DNA of 64,000 bases from Nitrospirales bacterium (GCA_965203295.1 CBDBCZ010000015.1:832001-896000); one strand, 5' to 3'. Numbered from the stretch's first letter, positions 1 through 12,167 are shown. The notes: generated by a model not told the origin, from the sequence alone. A program made the numbers and translations.

Positions 1-977
1 ACACACTGTAGTAGATGCACTGCCAGACATGCCTGATGGAATTATGCGCTTGACTCCAATCTCATCAACTGTAAATTACATGAGTAATATTACTCAAGAG
101 TGAGGAGTATACAAAACGTTGGTGCATCCAGTACCACTATCTGGCATCTATCTGCACAGCATCTCAATGTCACAAAACACATACTGCAAGGTATGTGTTC
201 TCTGAACACTTCTAGTCTTCGAAGAAATTAAGACAAACAACTCTATCTCTCTCTGTCTCGAGAACTATGTGATGTATAAACATCGAGCTTGCACCGTTGC
301 GCTGCTAGGTACATGTACATTCCAACGATATTCGAATCCTAGAGTTGGAGAGTGTTTTGGGGTCTCCACACAGAAAAAAGATGAAATTCACTGATTATAG
401 AGAGCTCTACGTAGCACCCCTCAGTACTCAAAGCAGCTATGATGGCGAAAGGTTGGTATGCAGCAGCATGGTAGTGGGGCTTCTTAATAATGAAGAAAGA
501 TCCGAAAAGTTGCTTCAGGGAGGAAACACAGAATGGTGTCTGACAATACATACATTTGCCCGATCATAGCTGTGTCTGAATTTAACTTTGAAAGGCTGTA
601 GCTCCAAAACTAAACATTTGTCCGATCATAGTAGCTGTTTCCAAATTAGGCTATAGCTCCAGTACTAAGCAACGGAGGAACACCAAACTTTTAACTTGAA
701 GTGCAAAAGATCTGCAGCATTGATTGAAGCCCCACCCACTTCCGGTAATAATATGCTCGCCAGTAAGGTCTAAAAATATCTGGTGTTCGTTCATCGGTTA
801 CTTACTCTATGTGGACTGTATTAATGTATGCACAGGCAAAAATTTTAGTTGAACACACTAGTGCAGGCTCATGCTCGCGTAATGAGTAGCATTTGCAGTA
901 AGTTCGATTACTTTTCTGCTAATGCAGTTTTAGATACAAAATATCAATTACATATAGATATGCATGCATGCTCTCAC

Positions 978-3900
978 CTGAACCACATAACCTGAAACAC
1001 ACTTGAAATTCTTTGGTTGGCGATCGCCATTGATCAATATACTTCCTGTCAGACCAGATTTGTCCTTGCGATCTGCCAGAATGTCAAGCAGACTAAAGGA
1101 TGTATGTACGTGTATGCGTGTGTACAATTATATGTTGATTATACAAACTCGTGTTGGAATAGACTCTACAGGAGATTGCCAATGGACAAGGTTGACACAC
1201 ATGACATGAGAGTATATTTTGCCTTCCATGTGGGGTAACTACCCTTGCACGTATGCGGTGAGGATAAGCAAATGGCTCTGTCTGTCTGTCTGTTGTCTGT
1301 CCATTCAAAAATGGGGTTATGCCATGATTTACAGGGTTATTAATAAGCAATTGCTAAACCAGACAGTAACCTTGAAATCTACCTGAGCGTACCTGAGCGA
1401 CCAAAGCGGTTTCTATTCTCCACATTTCCAGCTCTTTCTTTTTGAAGGCTCACCATTTTAAATACGTACGGTCAAGAATTTAAATACAACAGAGGGTGGG
1501 CATATAGGCAGTCTCAGAACACGTGCTCATACTGGAGTATAAGTAGAGAAGCATCCGTGTCAAGAATACAGCAATCAATAACGCCCACAGCTTGAATACA
1601 GCGATAATTATATGAGGACCCGGTATATGAGTCTTTCACACTTTACAGAGCCAGCTGCTCCACCAAGCCAGGAAAATCTACAGTCCAGTCTCCAGAGTCC
1701 AGGGTCTCATTTGTAAAAATGTAGCACGGGGTATGTCTCTGCTAAAGACTTTAAGGATTTGCGTAAGTATGTGTAAGTTACAAGCAACAAACATTGTTTC
1801 ACACTCTAGGATAACCTGTAGTGCTCTCTAAGTTTACAGTATACTGAACTTCCCTGTGGCTTATGAAAGCTACAGGTAGTGCTAGTCCAATAGGTGTCTC
1901 AATTCTGAAGTTCCAACCTCAATCAGTAACTTCTTTGTTTTTGAATTTTTCCTTTTTGATATACGGGTGCGTATGTTAGTACAGAGACACAAATCGCTAC
2001 TCATGCTGTTACTTACGCATATGTATGTGCAGCAGACAAGTCTAACAGTATACGTGGCATGTGTACAAAGTACTAATATACTCATGTTGCTGTCTTAGCA
2101 CTTATGCCATTGGCCATGCACCCACATTTGCAAGCGGAGCTTGTAAGATCTTTAGCAAAGGACAAAAGCAAGAGTAACCTGATGTTTCACCATCCTGATC
2201 ATCCTTCCTAGTATCCCAGATTAGTAATACAAAACTCTTAACTAGTTTTAAATAAAACCGTAAAAACATGTCTGTCCCATTTCTCACACCCTAAAATAAA
2301 GTTACTAAAATTATTGAGTGTACTAAACTCTTCAAAACATCCCCCAACGTATCGTCAAATTCTCCCATGAAAGTACTTTTTATGTTGTCATACACAGGCA
2401 CAGAGCACATGTAAGTACTACACTCTCACATTCATCCCCACATATAACTTTCGCTGCCTATCATCATTTCTATTTCTATGTCTTTCTAACTTTTCATTCA
2501 AACCAACCTTTAATTAAACATCAAGCATGTTCCTAGATCCCCAACCTCCTGCAAACAATTCTATTTCCTTTCAAAAGATCGACTTATTGAACAGACTCAG
2601 TTTAACTAGCCATCATTAAAGTTTTTATTTATACCACATTACATCACATCTAAGGTGTTTGATTGGAGCAGAAGAGGAGTATAAAGGGTCATATACTACT
2701 TTTATGTTTTCATGTTTTATTATACTACTTTCATGTTTTCATGTAATAGGACAGAAGAGGAGTATAAAGCGTTGCTAGGTACCTACTCCACTGATTGGTC
2801 AAATGTTGTATAAGCCGGATATACCACGCCTACTCGGAGTATAAACGTGATATACTCCGCTAGGCTGTTTACTCTCGACTATCGCCTCGGGTAAACCGTC
2901 TAGCGAAGTATATCTGCGTTTATACTCCTCGTAGACGTGGTATATCCTATACATATTCTCTTTTCCTATCTAGATTTAACTGCAGCAACAATTCACCAAT
3001 GACTTAATTTCCTCCAGGTCTTCCTCTGCCTACCTCTACACAGTTTCACTTCCCACTCACAGTGCAGTGTCTAGTAGTACCTATAACTATATCAAATGGT
3101 TTGGATATAGCATGTGTAAAAAATGGGTATACCGTATAATTTTTAATTATTCGTCCAAATTATCATTTTGATTCATTGACAGTCAACATGGCACTTCTAT
3201 TCCACATCCACGAGCTCTCAATGCTTTCTTCCACTTCTGCTATCTCACTGACTTCAGCAGTGTCAGACTTCAGCAGTAACAGCATATCTACAAATGGCAC
3301 ACACACAGCCACCAATGATATATAGCCACAACAGGCAATAAGCTTATGCACGCATGTTAGTCACATGACAGGTAGGAGCACTCCTGCTACTACTACTACT
3401 CAGCTGATAGTGCACAGCTGATTGTGCACAGCAATAAAAACTTTCACAAGAAACAGCACATGCACAGGTACCCTCTTTGTCCTTGACAGGCCTTTCTATA
3501 TCAGCTGTCACACTCCAGGGCAGTCCTGCTGACATAATTAGAAGTAATACTACCTGAAACTGAGCATGCAGCTGAAAAAATAATTTCAGAATGGGCCTAC
3601 CAATTTGTTGGAGGAAATAAATTCCCAAAAAACTAGGGTGTGGCAAATAATTAGAGGGGTGAATATAATTAGAAGTAATATGCTATTAAACTTTGCTCAC
3701 TTCCTAGCATTCATTGTACATGTTACATGTGTGGATAAATAAAGCCGCCGCATCCTGGCACTTCCAACTGTTAAACTACAGCATAGATGAGTGAAAGTTC
3801 TATTATCTATGACCACAGCACTTCAAACGCCCATAAGTAAACATAGTTCAGGTGCCTAACATACAGAAGGGCATCTGGTATCCACTGTTCACATAGGTGC

Positions 3901-5676
3901 GAGAATATACAGGAAAATGTCAGTAAGTTATCCATGAACGTTATAAGCTACTTGGCAAAGAGTAGTACGGAGGCAGCTATGTGGTATACGTGCATAGTAA
4001 GCAGACTAAAAAGGCTTTGTAAGCAATATAGTAAAGAACATGTAATCCTCTATCTGCTAGGCTATCTCATCCCAGAAGCTTTTCTCCAGGTGGGCTGCTT
4101 TCTGTGGTTGACTTTTAATCAAATATCTTACCATCTAGGCTGCTCACTGGGATCGAAGATTCGAATTACCGATCACTTCCTATGACAGAACGTAACACAA
4201 ACTAGTACACAACAGTAATTTTATAGTGGGCTAGATCTATTATGATAGATACATACAACTATCATGGTGTAATTTGCAACATATTAATAGTAACTACAAT
4301 GGGTCAATAGTATGCCTGTAATAAAGGACTCACGTCGTTTTTCCACTGCCAGTGGGACCCATAATAGCATTTACTCCAGGAAGCAGCAGTCCACTGGAGC
4401 ATAGAGAGATGTGTAATCACAATTACCATAGTCTGCCAGCCATAAAATAACCAACATACCCTTACGTAATCAGCAGAAGCAATAATGAGGTGGACAATTG
4501 GCAGGTATTATTATGATTACTTTCCGCATTTATTTTGTTTGTTCACATCTGCACTTATCATACATCAATGCACTACTGGACAACACATACATGTACATAT
4601 ATATATATAATATATAGGAGGAGGAAGCTATTTGGGACCGGGGATGCAAAGCACAGTAAAATGTGGGCTGGTAACTGCAAGCTACCCATACTAACTAATT
4701 TAGTGCGCAGTGCCTATAATAGCTTTCTGTGCATTTATAGCTTTGGACAAAGCTACTTGGCTCTGCAGTGTCATCTGTGAGTGTAGCATCACAAAGACGA
4801 GTCATAATCATTAACGAAAAGGCTTGCCATGCTACTGTTTTCTGATTATGGGGTGTATGCCGTGGCAACTGCTAATGAGAGAAATTATAGGATATTGGGC
4901 CTTTACTGTCACTTTTGATGGTGTCATCCCAGTCTTAGAAGATCAAACTGGAGTCGTAGTATTTAGCCCATAGATAATAGAGTTCTAGATAGTTCTCTTA
5001 CGTAGCCCAACTCATTTTCATGTACAGTGAGGAATGTACATATTTACCATAGACTGTTTAATTCTGTCATTTCTGTCTGGGGGGGGGGGGGGGGGGGTCT
5101 CCAGCTTTGAGACGGTCGGTGTGATTGAATAACATCCTAATGTTGTATTCCATAAAGTGTTTAGACAAACATTTTTCTGCTAGATAATTTAACTCCTTAC
5201 AGACTCATAAGAGTGGATGAAGTCAATATTAACACATACGTAAGCGCATGGTACTTACACAACTGTTCCTCTGTTCACCCGTTTTTCTGCTCACTACATT
5301 ATCTTTATGCTTGGGAGTGCAGTTCGCTCAGTGACTAACCGTCATAACATTTATTTGTATAAATGCTGTTTTAATATTAGCTTAAATTACTTCTATTAAA
5401 TTGTTGCATTGGACGTTAGAATAGACAGTAAAATTATTATTAACAGCAGCTCAAGCTTAAATACCTTGCTGAATGCAGGATGACCTTCTGACTCTTTTCC
5501 CTACAACCTCCCACTTCGTAGCTGACGTCGTGGAAAGCGATGCCATGCAGTTGCCCATGCGGAACACTTCCTATTTTCTCTTCCGTGTGGATATCCACGG
5601 CGATGCTCTGTACAGTGCTGCCATACGTAAACTCAGCAGACGCGTCATCTGCAAGTAAAGCCTGAGACGCAGACAT
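978..5676 (-). CDS. ABCG2: ABCG2/White-family ABC half-transporter, first three coding exons (5465-5676, 4334-4393, 978-1092); the gene presumably continues left of the window
   Basis: The exons have canonical AG/GT ends and join in frame: MSASQALL...IAFHDVSYEV...KVILHSAS / GLLLPGVNAIMGPTGSGKTT (Walker A) / LLDILADRKDKSGLTGSILINGDRQPKNFKCVSGYVVQ (Q-loop). This closely matches the ABCG2 N-terminal NBD. The next exon (DDVVMGTLTVREN...) is not visible in 1-977. Confidence 0.92.
1237..1755 (+). mobile_element. Non-autonomous Helentron/DINE-1-like element, degraded copy
   Basis: The 5' end ACTACCC...GGATAAGCAAATGG is followed by a (TCTG)n tract, and the 3' end is GGGGTATGTCTCTGCTAAAGACTT. It is collinear with 14702-15243. 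Confidence 0.65.
2817..2947. repeat. 131-bp imperfect palindrome, probably part of a hairpin-type non-autonomous element spanning ~2630-2950
   Basis: GGATATACCACGCCTAC...GAGTATAAACG pairs with CGTTTATACTC...GTAGACGTGGTATATCC. Confidence 0.8.
3782..3811. mobile_element. 30-bp CATAGAT...ATCTATG mini-hairpin element
   Basis: It has terminal inverted CATAGAT/ATCTATG and is flanked by ACTACAG/ACCACAG (imperfect 7-bp TSD). Same termini as 7922-7962. Confidence 0.6.
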
Positions 5677-5679
5677 TGC

Positions 5680-6020
5680 AGCTCAGCTGGAAGTTCTAGT
5701 CTCGCGGGCCAGACACCCTCACGAAAAGCATGCAGGATAGATTTTTGACCTTTTGTTCTCGCAACCGTAATATCTACCACCACAGATAATAGAGCATAAC
5801 CATCTTAGATAATGGAGCATAACCTATGGTTGTGCTCTATTGACACCACCACGGCGCATAATTTTCTGGACTCTAGCTAGCTAAGCGGAGTAACGCGACA
5901 CCGCGAAAAATTATGACCTAACCTTAGGTTAGTCTCGTGCCCAGCCCGGGCCGGGCACGAGATTAACCTTAGGCGCGCTAGGCAAACTTCGCGTAAGTAA
6001 GCTTATAATTTTCGCGCTGT
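5680..6020. promoter_or_regulatory. CpG-rich putative promoter between the divergent ABCG copies
   Basis: CpG is locally enriched just upstream of the ATG at 5676. An (C/T)ATAATTTT(T)C motif recurs near 5857, 5903-5914 (reverse) and 6004-6017, including an E2F-like TTTTCGCGC. Confidence 0.35.
5930..5965. mobile_element. 36-bp TAG...hairpin MITE (9-bp TSD family)
   Basis: TAGTCTCGTGCCCAGCCCGGGCCGGGCACGAGATTA, flanked by ACCTTAGGT/ACCTTAGGC. Confidence 0.75.
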
Positions 6021-7428
6021 CGCAGTCAGTGTGTTTTAACTGATTTTCAATTTTTATGCTGAAGCAAAATCTAGTCTATTGGAATGAACAAAAGAATTTT
6101 TGGCGTGCAAGTGGAAAAGAATTTCATCTTTTGTGCTAATAATCAGTGAAACTACTGTGTGGGCTAATCGAGATTGCTCTTTTGTTGCAATTGTGGCTCA
6201 AAATACGATGACAATAATTTTATAGGAGAGCTTACAGCATGATTTAAACTTTTCAATGGTTATCAGGGATATTAAACTTGTAACCTGCTGTAGTTGCAGA
6301 GTTGTAAGGGGAGATTTTGCCTAATAGTGCTGATACTTGACCTTTACCTACCTTACAAGCCTCTGTAACTATGGGCAAGATTGATACTTTGATTATCAAA
6401 GGTCAGCCTTGCAAATGGCTGACCAATGGGGAAACATTAACTCATAAATAGAGAGAAGAAATTCCCACCATGACCATATAGGATATCTTGAATTGCAAGC
6501 TTGTACATATATATGGGTACAAGGTATGGGATGAGAAAGATAGTCAGGCTACAATGGCTAGTTTTCTTTTTATTTAGTATGATGATGTAGCTACGTACAT
6601 GTAAGTTACAATGTGCACGTACCTTCTGTCATTTGCTAGTGACCTGCTAGCGGTTGGATGCCACCTGGAGTAAATAGACGTGGGAAGACCATGTACGTAA
6701 CACACAGTTGGTTAATGTAAACTTTTGCAGCTAATGTGATGCCAGTGTAAAACCAACTAGTGTACCTACCTACAGAGTTTTCTTGTTCATGAGCTATAAA
6801 GAGTCATTTACATGTACTAAGTAGCTTGTTGCTTGCGTGTGCAAAGTTTATATTCAGGCGGCCATCTACCTGCTGTTAGTACATGCAGGCCACGTGACAT
6901 CTGGCCAATCAGTTTTCTTTTTTAATTTAGTCAGGTGACATTTTAAATGCACAGTTTGCATACTTTAGTGTGCATTTATGTGTAGTATAACCATGGATAA
7001 TATAGTACTTATTATCCATGGCATATAGCTTACCTGGTACTACATATAACCTGTGTTTCATATGTACTGTTATTATTATGCAACCAGTGATTGTTATGTA
7101 ATTTACAGAAACCATTAGCGATGCAAGAGGATGATACAGCAGCATACAAAGTTTAGGGCAAGCGCTCTGTGCATCTTCAGTATGCCTTGAACTACCACTG
7201 CTCAGTCCTTCTGCTGACAGCTACACATGTAACAGGTCTGTAAATCATAAAGCCAACAAGAAGCACAGCCACAGCTATGCACAACGATAACTACAGATAT
7301 AGCTGTTTCCAATGTGCAAGGTTAGTTTTAATTCAGCAAAAACAGGTTCAAGGTCACGCTACCTGCAGTTACTGTAGGGCTCTAGGCAGTGCACATGTGC
7401 ATGTGTAGTGGTTAAATGCCGACTTTAG

Positions 7429-7492
7429 TAGCCTTGTACCCAGACCTATATACCGCAAAAATCTCATTCCGTTTGGTCTGGGTACAAGGCTA
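7429..7492. mobile_element. 64-bp TAG...CTA hairpin MITE
   Basis: TIR TAGCCTTGTACCCAGACC / GGTCTGGGTACAAGGCTA, with flanks GACTTTAG/GAATTTAG. Confidence 0.8.
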
Positions 7493-7921
7493 GAATTTAG
7501 CTCGAAGGTCCTAAAAAAGACTGGGTGTAGTACTACACGATCATTGTTGGGTTTCCAAATTCTAAAATTGTTTAATGATACGTACATATTGTAGGTTGCT
7601 GGACATCCTTGTAGATCAAAAGGCTGGTTTGAGCGGTGCTGTACTCATCACTGGAGAAGAGACTTTCGTGTCCTTGCAGGCTATGCCGTGCAGGTTTGTA
7701 ATCTGCACAATTGCATACCTGTAGTATGGGTGCAGTTATTAAATGAGACTACAGCAGAATAAGACTTAAATTTAACTTGTGATTTCTAACCTTGACCACA
7801 GTGAATTGGTGAATCTAGCAATCTAGTTGGTATTGACTGTGAAAAAGCTGCTATAATAGTTTAAATGTTTGTACATGTATAATCCTTTTCACTTCCCAGG
7901 ATAATATTGTGATGGGTACAC

Positions 7922-7962
7922 CATAGATAGTATAGCTTCATTACGGAGCTATATTATCTATG
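7922..7962. mobile_element. 41-bp CATAGAT...ATCTATG hairpin insertion inside an ABCG pseudo-exon
   Basis: It has a perfect GGTACAC duplication (7915-7921 / 7963-7969). Removing the element and one TSD copy restores ATG GGT ACA CTG ACA GTG (MGTLTV). Confidence 0.9.
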
Positions 7963-9271
7963 GGTACACTGACAGTGCGTAAGAACCTGCATTACTCTGC
8001 TGTCCTTTGCTTGCCCTCTAAAATGGCTTGGCAAAAAAGGAAGCAGTAACTGTGCAATTAAGTCAGACGGTGTGTGGTGTGTAGTGTACCTTAGCAAATG
8101 AAAGTCAACAGTGCATCATACTGCAAAACAAAATTGTGCAAAGTGACATGCATGATATACACGTACAGAGAGATATATAACTGTAAGTGTGCAAATTCTG
8201 ATTGGCGATGCTATTCTGCTTTCAAAATAATCCACGCTAGTAGCTAATAGTAATCATAGCCTGAAAATGTAAGAATAAGTATAATGATAGAATTAATCCA
8301 CTCGTGATCACAGGCCCAATACTTTCACATCAACTCACCTCTGGACGAACTTCACGTGTTACTCTGGTTGTAGGGTGTTGGTAGGTCAGCTGATCGCCTT
8401 TGGCTGTCTTACCAAGGGATCTCAATGATTCCTCGTACCTGTGATGACGTTTACATAAAAAAAATTAATATTCTGCAGCAGAACAGCAGCAGGATATGAA
8501 ACTTACTATTATTCAAAGGCCAGATATGTGAAGTAAGCTGTTCCTTTTAATGTTGTGGCTAGCCTCAAATTCGTGCCCATATACATTCTGGCTTGGATGT
8601 GCCGCAATACTCAACAGTCATTTCGAAAATGTAGGTAATTTTCCATGTGTATACATATTTGGTACTGTAAAAATAATACACCTCTGCTCCTTTGAGTGCA
8701 CTGTGTACGGGAGATCTCAGCTGATCAGATTACATGTACCTACCATGTTTTTAGCATGCCCAATTGCATGACTATAGGAGGTCATGTACAATTCCTGTCC
8801 CTAGCCCTTGATATAGCTAACAACATCAGCTTTGCCAGAGTCAGTAACGAGAAACAATTCTGGAGATGATTCAAAAGGCTGGAAGAAAGCAACGAGGGCG
8901 TGTCGCAACAGATGGAACTGACACAGCAGGCACGTATGGGAATCTGCCGTAGACTGCTCTGAAGAAATCTACTGGTGTCATAAGCTCAGAGAATGTATGA
9001 AAAACAGCAGTAATGTGTTTTTTTGTCATTGCTATCTTTCCTCTCTTTGAGTAGCAAGGATGATCATGTTGCTACTGTAGTGTTTATAACACCATTGATC
9101 ACCCAGGTCTAAATGAAGCATGGTTTTGAAAAATGTAGCAGATTTGATAGTACTTAGGAGGAGGCTTTAGGTTAGTATCGAGACAGGTTTAATCTTGGGA
9201 TATATAAGAAACTAATGATAGTACGTATCTCTGCTTATGGCAAGTTAAAGTCAAACACTGCATTCATGATC

Positions 9272-9307
9272 CATAGATAATATAACCTTCGAAGGTTATA
9301 TTATCTA
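9272..9307. mobile_element. Mini-hairpin of the CATAGATAATATA family
   Basis: CATAGATAATATAACCTTCGAAGGTTATATTATCTAT is a near-perfect palindrome, with flanks ATGATC/ACGATC. Confidence 0.7.
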
Positions 9308-9753
9308 TACGATCTGACAGTCAAACTTATATACATGTAGCTAGCAGATGCCTTTGATTGGACAGACTGAAGTTCCCCACTCGAAGTAGCAGTGCAAGCT
9401 GTGGCACCAGAGGTCTCATACTCTCAGCACACTTTCTATCTTTACTTGTTCTCAAACTACATGAGTTAGCTACATACTTGTTGCCTTTGTGTTTATAGCC
9501 TATCGTAATATTCTCTTGCAGTGGTGCAGAAAGGCTCCTGTATTGCCAATGCAACAGAATTTCTGAGCTACACAGGATACAGCGTACCGGTACACTGGCC
9601 GTGGTACAACCAGATAGCACTGGCTTACACATCTGCTTAGACTTGTGACTAAGTGACGTTGTCTACTGGGATTACGCGCACACGTCAGCAAATGCGACGG
9701 TGGGTGGGGCTGAGGCGGAACTTGATTCTATAATTAGAGGGTAAGAAACAAAA

Positions 9754-12167
9754 ATGGCAGTTCGACAGAGAAAACCGTTACCAAAATCTACCTGCGCTTC
9801 CGATGAGCTTTCGGCGTCTCTGCAGGAATGTGCAAATGTATCAGCAAAGAAGTTAAACGGCAGTGAATTTGGTGACTGCTTATTCACGGCTGCTGAAAAA
9901 CTCGACATCAAGCAAAACGTATGAAGCTCAGGCGACCAACCAGTACTTCCTATTGTTGTTATTGCTTCAGAGTGATTTGGGGCTGCTTCCTCCTTTTGGT
10001 AGCTATTGGATTCCTTGTTTCACGTAATGAACCTGCCAGCTCGTATTTACACAGGACCATTCATACGAGAATATACAGTGATATTGTGCGTCCAGTGAGG
10101 TTAGGCCTCTTAGCAGTTGGTTCGTATTTGAAAGCTGCTGGAATTGATGTTTTCCATGACTGTGTGGTGGAGAACCCATTCTTAAGGTCAACAGAACAGT
10201 GTGTTTGTATGCACACAAAGGAGGCTACAGAAGTAACTTTGGATGGATCTGTGCTACCATTTTCGGTTTACGAAAATCCAAAAGAGATATATGTTCTGAG
10301 AAATGTAGTGGATTCAAAACTCAGCCTGGAGCAGCTTCAAGATTTTCACATATCTCATGGAAAGAACCCCCCTGCTTGCCTTGAAATTGGAAATGAAGGA
10401 CAGAGTGGACCACTTTTCTATCGACAGCTTTTCGACAAACCACAGATGTTGAAGTTTTTGACATCTAATGAGTCCTGGAGCTTTACATGATAGGAGTGTG
10501 CAAGACTTGTTGTTTGCTGATCAGCTCGTGAAGATTTCTATCGTTAACTTTTTCCCCTATCATTTCAGGGCTGAGTGTCCAGATCCAGTATCACAACTCT
10601 CTCTTCGTTCATTACTACCTTCTCCATCTTACTTACCTCATGGACTGTATCTACACAGCAATTCCCTTTTCTCCATCAGTACACAGTGGGGAACAGCTGG
10701 ACATATTGTTGTAAGTTATAAATTCTATATTTATGAATTTCAGAGAGCCACCACTATTGCAAGGGATAGTTTTTTTCCCTGCCTATGTATCAATGTACAA
10801 TTTCCCTGTTGCTATGTCATGGTTAAGGTAGGAGGACCTTCGAATCCGCGTGATTCTTCTCATAAATAATTAATGAGTGATGTCACTCAAGTGGCACTAA
10901 TTAATATGTTTGCATTTTCCCATGGTGGCAACCGGAATCAACAGGAGGGGTGTGTCACTTTGATGTGGATAGCAGCTCTTTCATGTGCAATATCGGCACT
11001 TTGATGTAGTTGAGCGGTACTAGTACTCTAATGTTGGCTTTCAACACTTTTTTTGTAAATATGACCTCATAATTATAGTGACAAGTAGACTGTGTATGGC
11101 TGAATAGCTAGCTAGTGTGTTGTAGAAAGATTGTTTGGCTGCTTGAGTGCCTAGAAGTCACCCAGACAGACGAATGTTGACAGGCTGTTGCCCATCTCAG
11201 GTAGACTAGAATAGTGACCTATCTGGCCAGTAGGCTTCACCCACTTTTGTACTGTACAGCATCTAGCTAGCTATGTGAAAATCTGTGGAGATTTATAGGG
11301 AGTGCTTTGGCGGGTGGTTCTCAGTAACCGAGGGGTGAGTGGAAAATCCCATCCCTAAATTTTCTGTGAGTAGGTTGAAGTTTGTAAGGCAGGGCTCGAA
11401 TTTGTGGATTATTTAGCAGAAGGTGTGATCAAATGCCTCAATTTGAGATAGACTTTTATGTTCTTAACCAGGCCATCCATTTGATTTGGGTATTCCAAGA
11501 CCAGGGTCTTCCTACCTTAACAAATCTGATATTTCTTATCAGAAAATTAGCCAAGAACGTTTTAAACTAACTGCAGTTGTAGATCTATAACAGGCTGTCT
11601 GTCTCATCCTGCATAAGTAGATAAGTAGGCAAGCTCAGTATAGCAAAAGTGGCGACTCTTGTGTACTTCAATTAGCGGCTGTACCTGATGATCATTGCGC
11701 TGTGACATGTGGGTAGTCTGTGCATGTATTGCGATAGGCTTGTTTCATTGGTTTTTGGGGAAGTATTTTTTGGTGGAAGTGCAACCCTACATGACTTGTT
11801 TTTGCACTTTTTGGCAAAGTGCTTTTTTTTTCCTTATAGAAGAGAATAGAAATCCTTGTTCACAGTTCTGCCTAATTGTAACCATTAAATTTTGGTAGTG
11901 TAAGATTGAACGTGTGCATGCTGTTGCTTGATTCAGAAGCTTTGTATTTGGTTACTGAAGTTATTGTTGTGTTATGTGTTATGATATTGATATGCACACA
12001 CACACACACACACCATGCATATACACAGACTCCACTAATGTCTCCTATCACTCTGGTGAATGTCTTAGAGGGAGACGCGAGGTTTTATATGAGTTCATTA
12101 GGAGATCACTGTTTTGACTACTGCACTGCACTCAAGCACCATCCCATACTCAAAACAGGAGATATTA
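9754..12167 (+). pseudogene. Disabled gene for a predicted single-pass membrane protein resembling the C6orf89/BRAP family (exons 9754-10489, 10569-10710, 12029-12167; possible last exon near 12837)
   Basis: The MAVRQRKP... frame stops at 9922-9924, while the rest (hydrophobic segment, CVVENPF, CVC, SWSFT) continues in another frame from 9921. The exon-1 donor reads TG|ATAGG instead of TG|GTAGG. Exons 2 and 3 are phase-compatible (W-AECPDP...PSYLP; LVNVLEGDA...HCFDYC...LKTGDI). The family assignment rests on remembered motif spacing only. Confidence 0.6.
10827..11516. mobile_element. TTAA-flanked non-autonomous DNA transposon (Kolobok-like termini)
   Basis: TTAA|GGTAGGAGGACC ... GGTCTTCCTACC|TTAA. 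Confidence 0.75.

Larger units (their letters stand above)
6651..9656 (+). pseudogene. Decayed ABCG2-like paralogue, head-to-head with the minus-strand copy
   Basis: Exon remnants lie in correct order. 6651-6692 reads GWMPPGVN--RRGKT (Walker A exon, 18 nt shorter). ~7595-7693 reads LLDILVDQKAGLSGAVLITG...AGYAVQ (frameshifted). 7900-8050 reads DNIVMGT[insert]LTVRKNLHYSAVLCLP...*. A possible linker exon with stops lies at ~8778-8990. ~9522-9656 reads GSCIANATEFLSYTGYSVPVHWPWYNQIALA...LRLVTK* (last-exon-like). Confidence 0.85.

Noticed and set aside
1..69. Minus-strand exon-like segment (TTACAG|TTGATGAG..., DEIGVKRIIPSG) as the next ABCG exon
   Set aside because: The preceding exon ends in phase 0, which gives a stop here, and the peptide does not resemble DDVVMGTLTVREN.
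5079..5097. G19 run (and G18 at 12393-12410) as functional G-quadruplexes
   Set aside because: These are simple homopolymers in intronic or transposon DNA, with no evidence of function.
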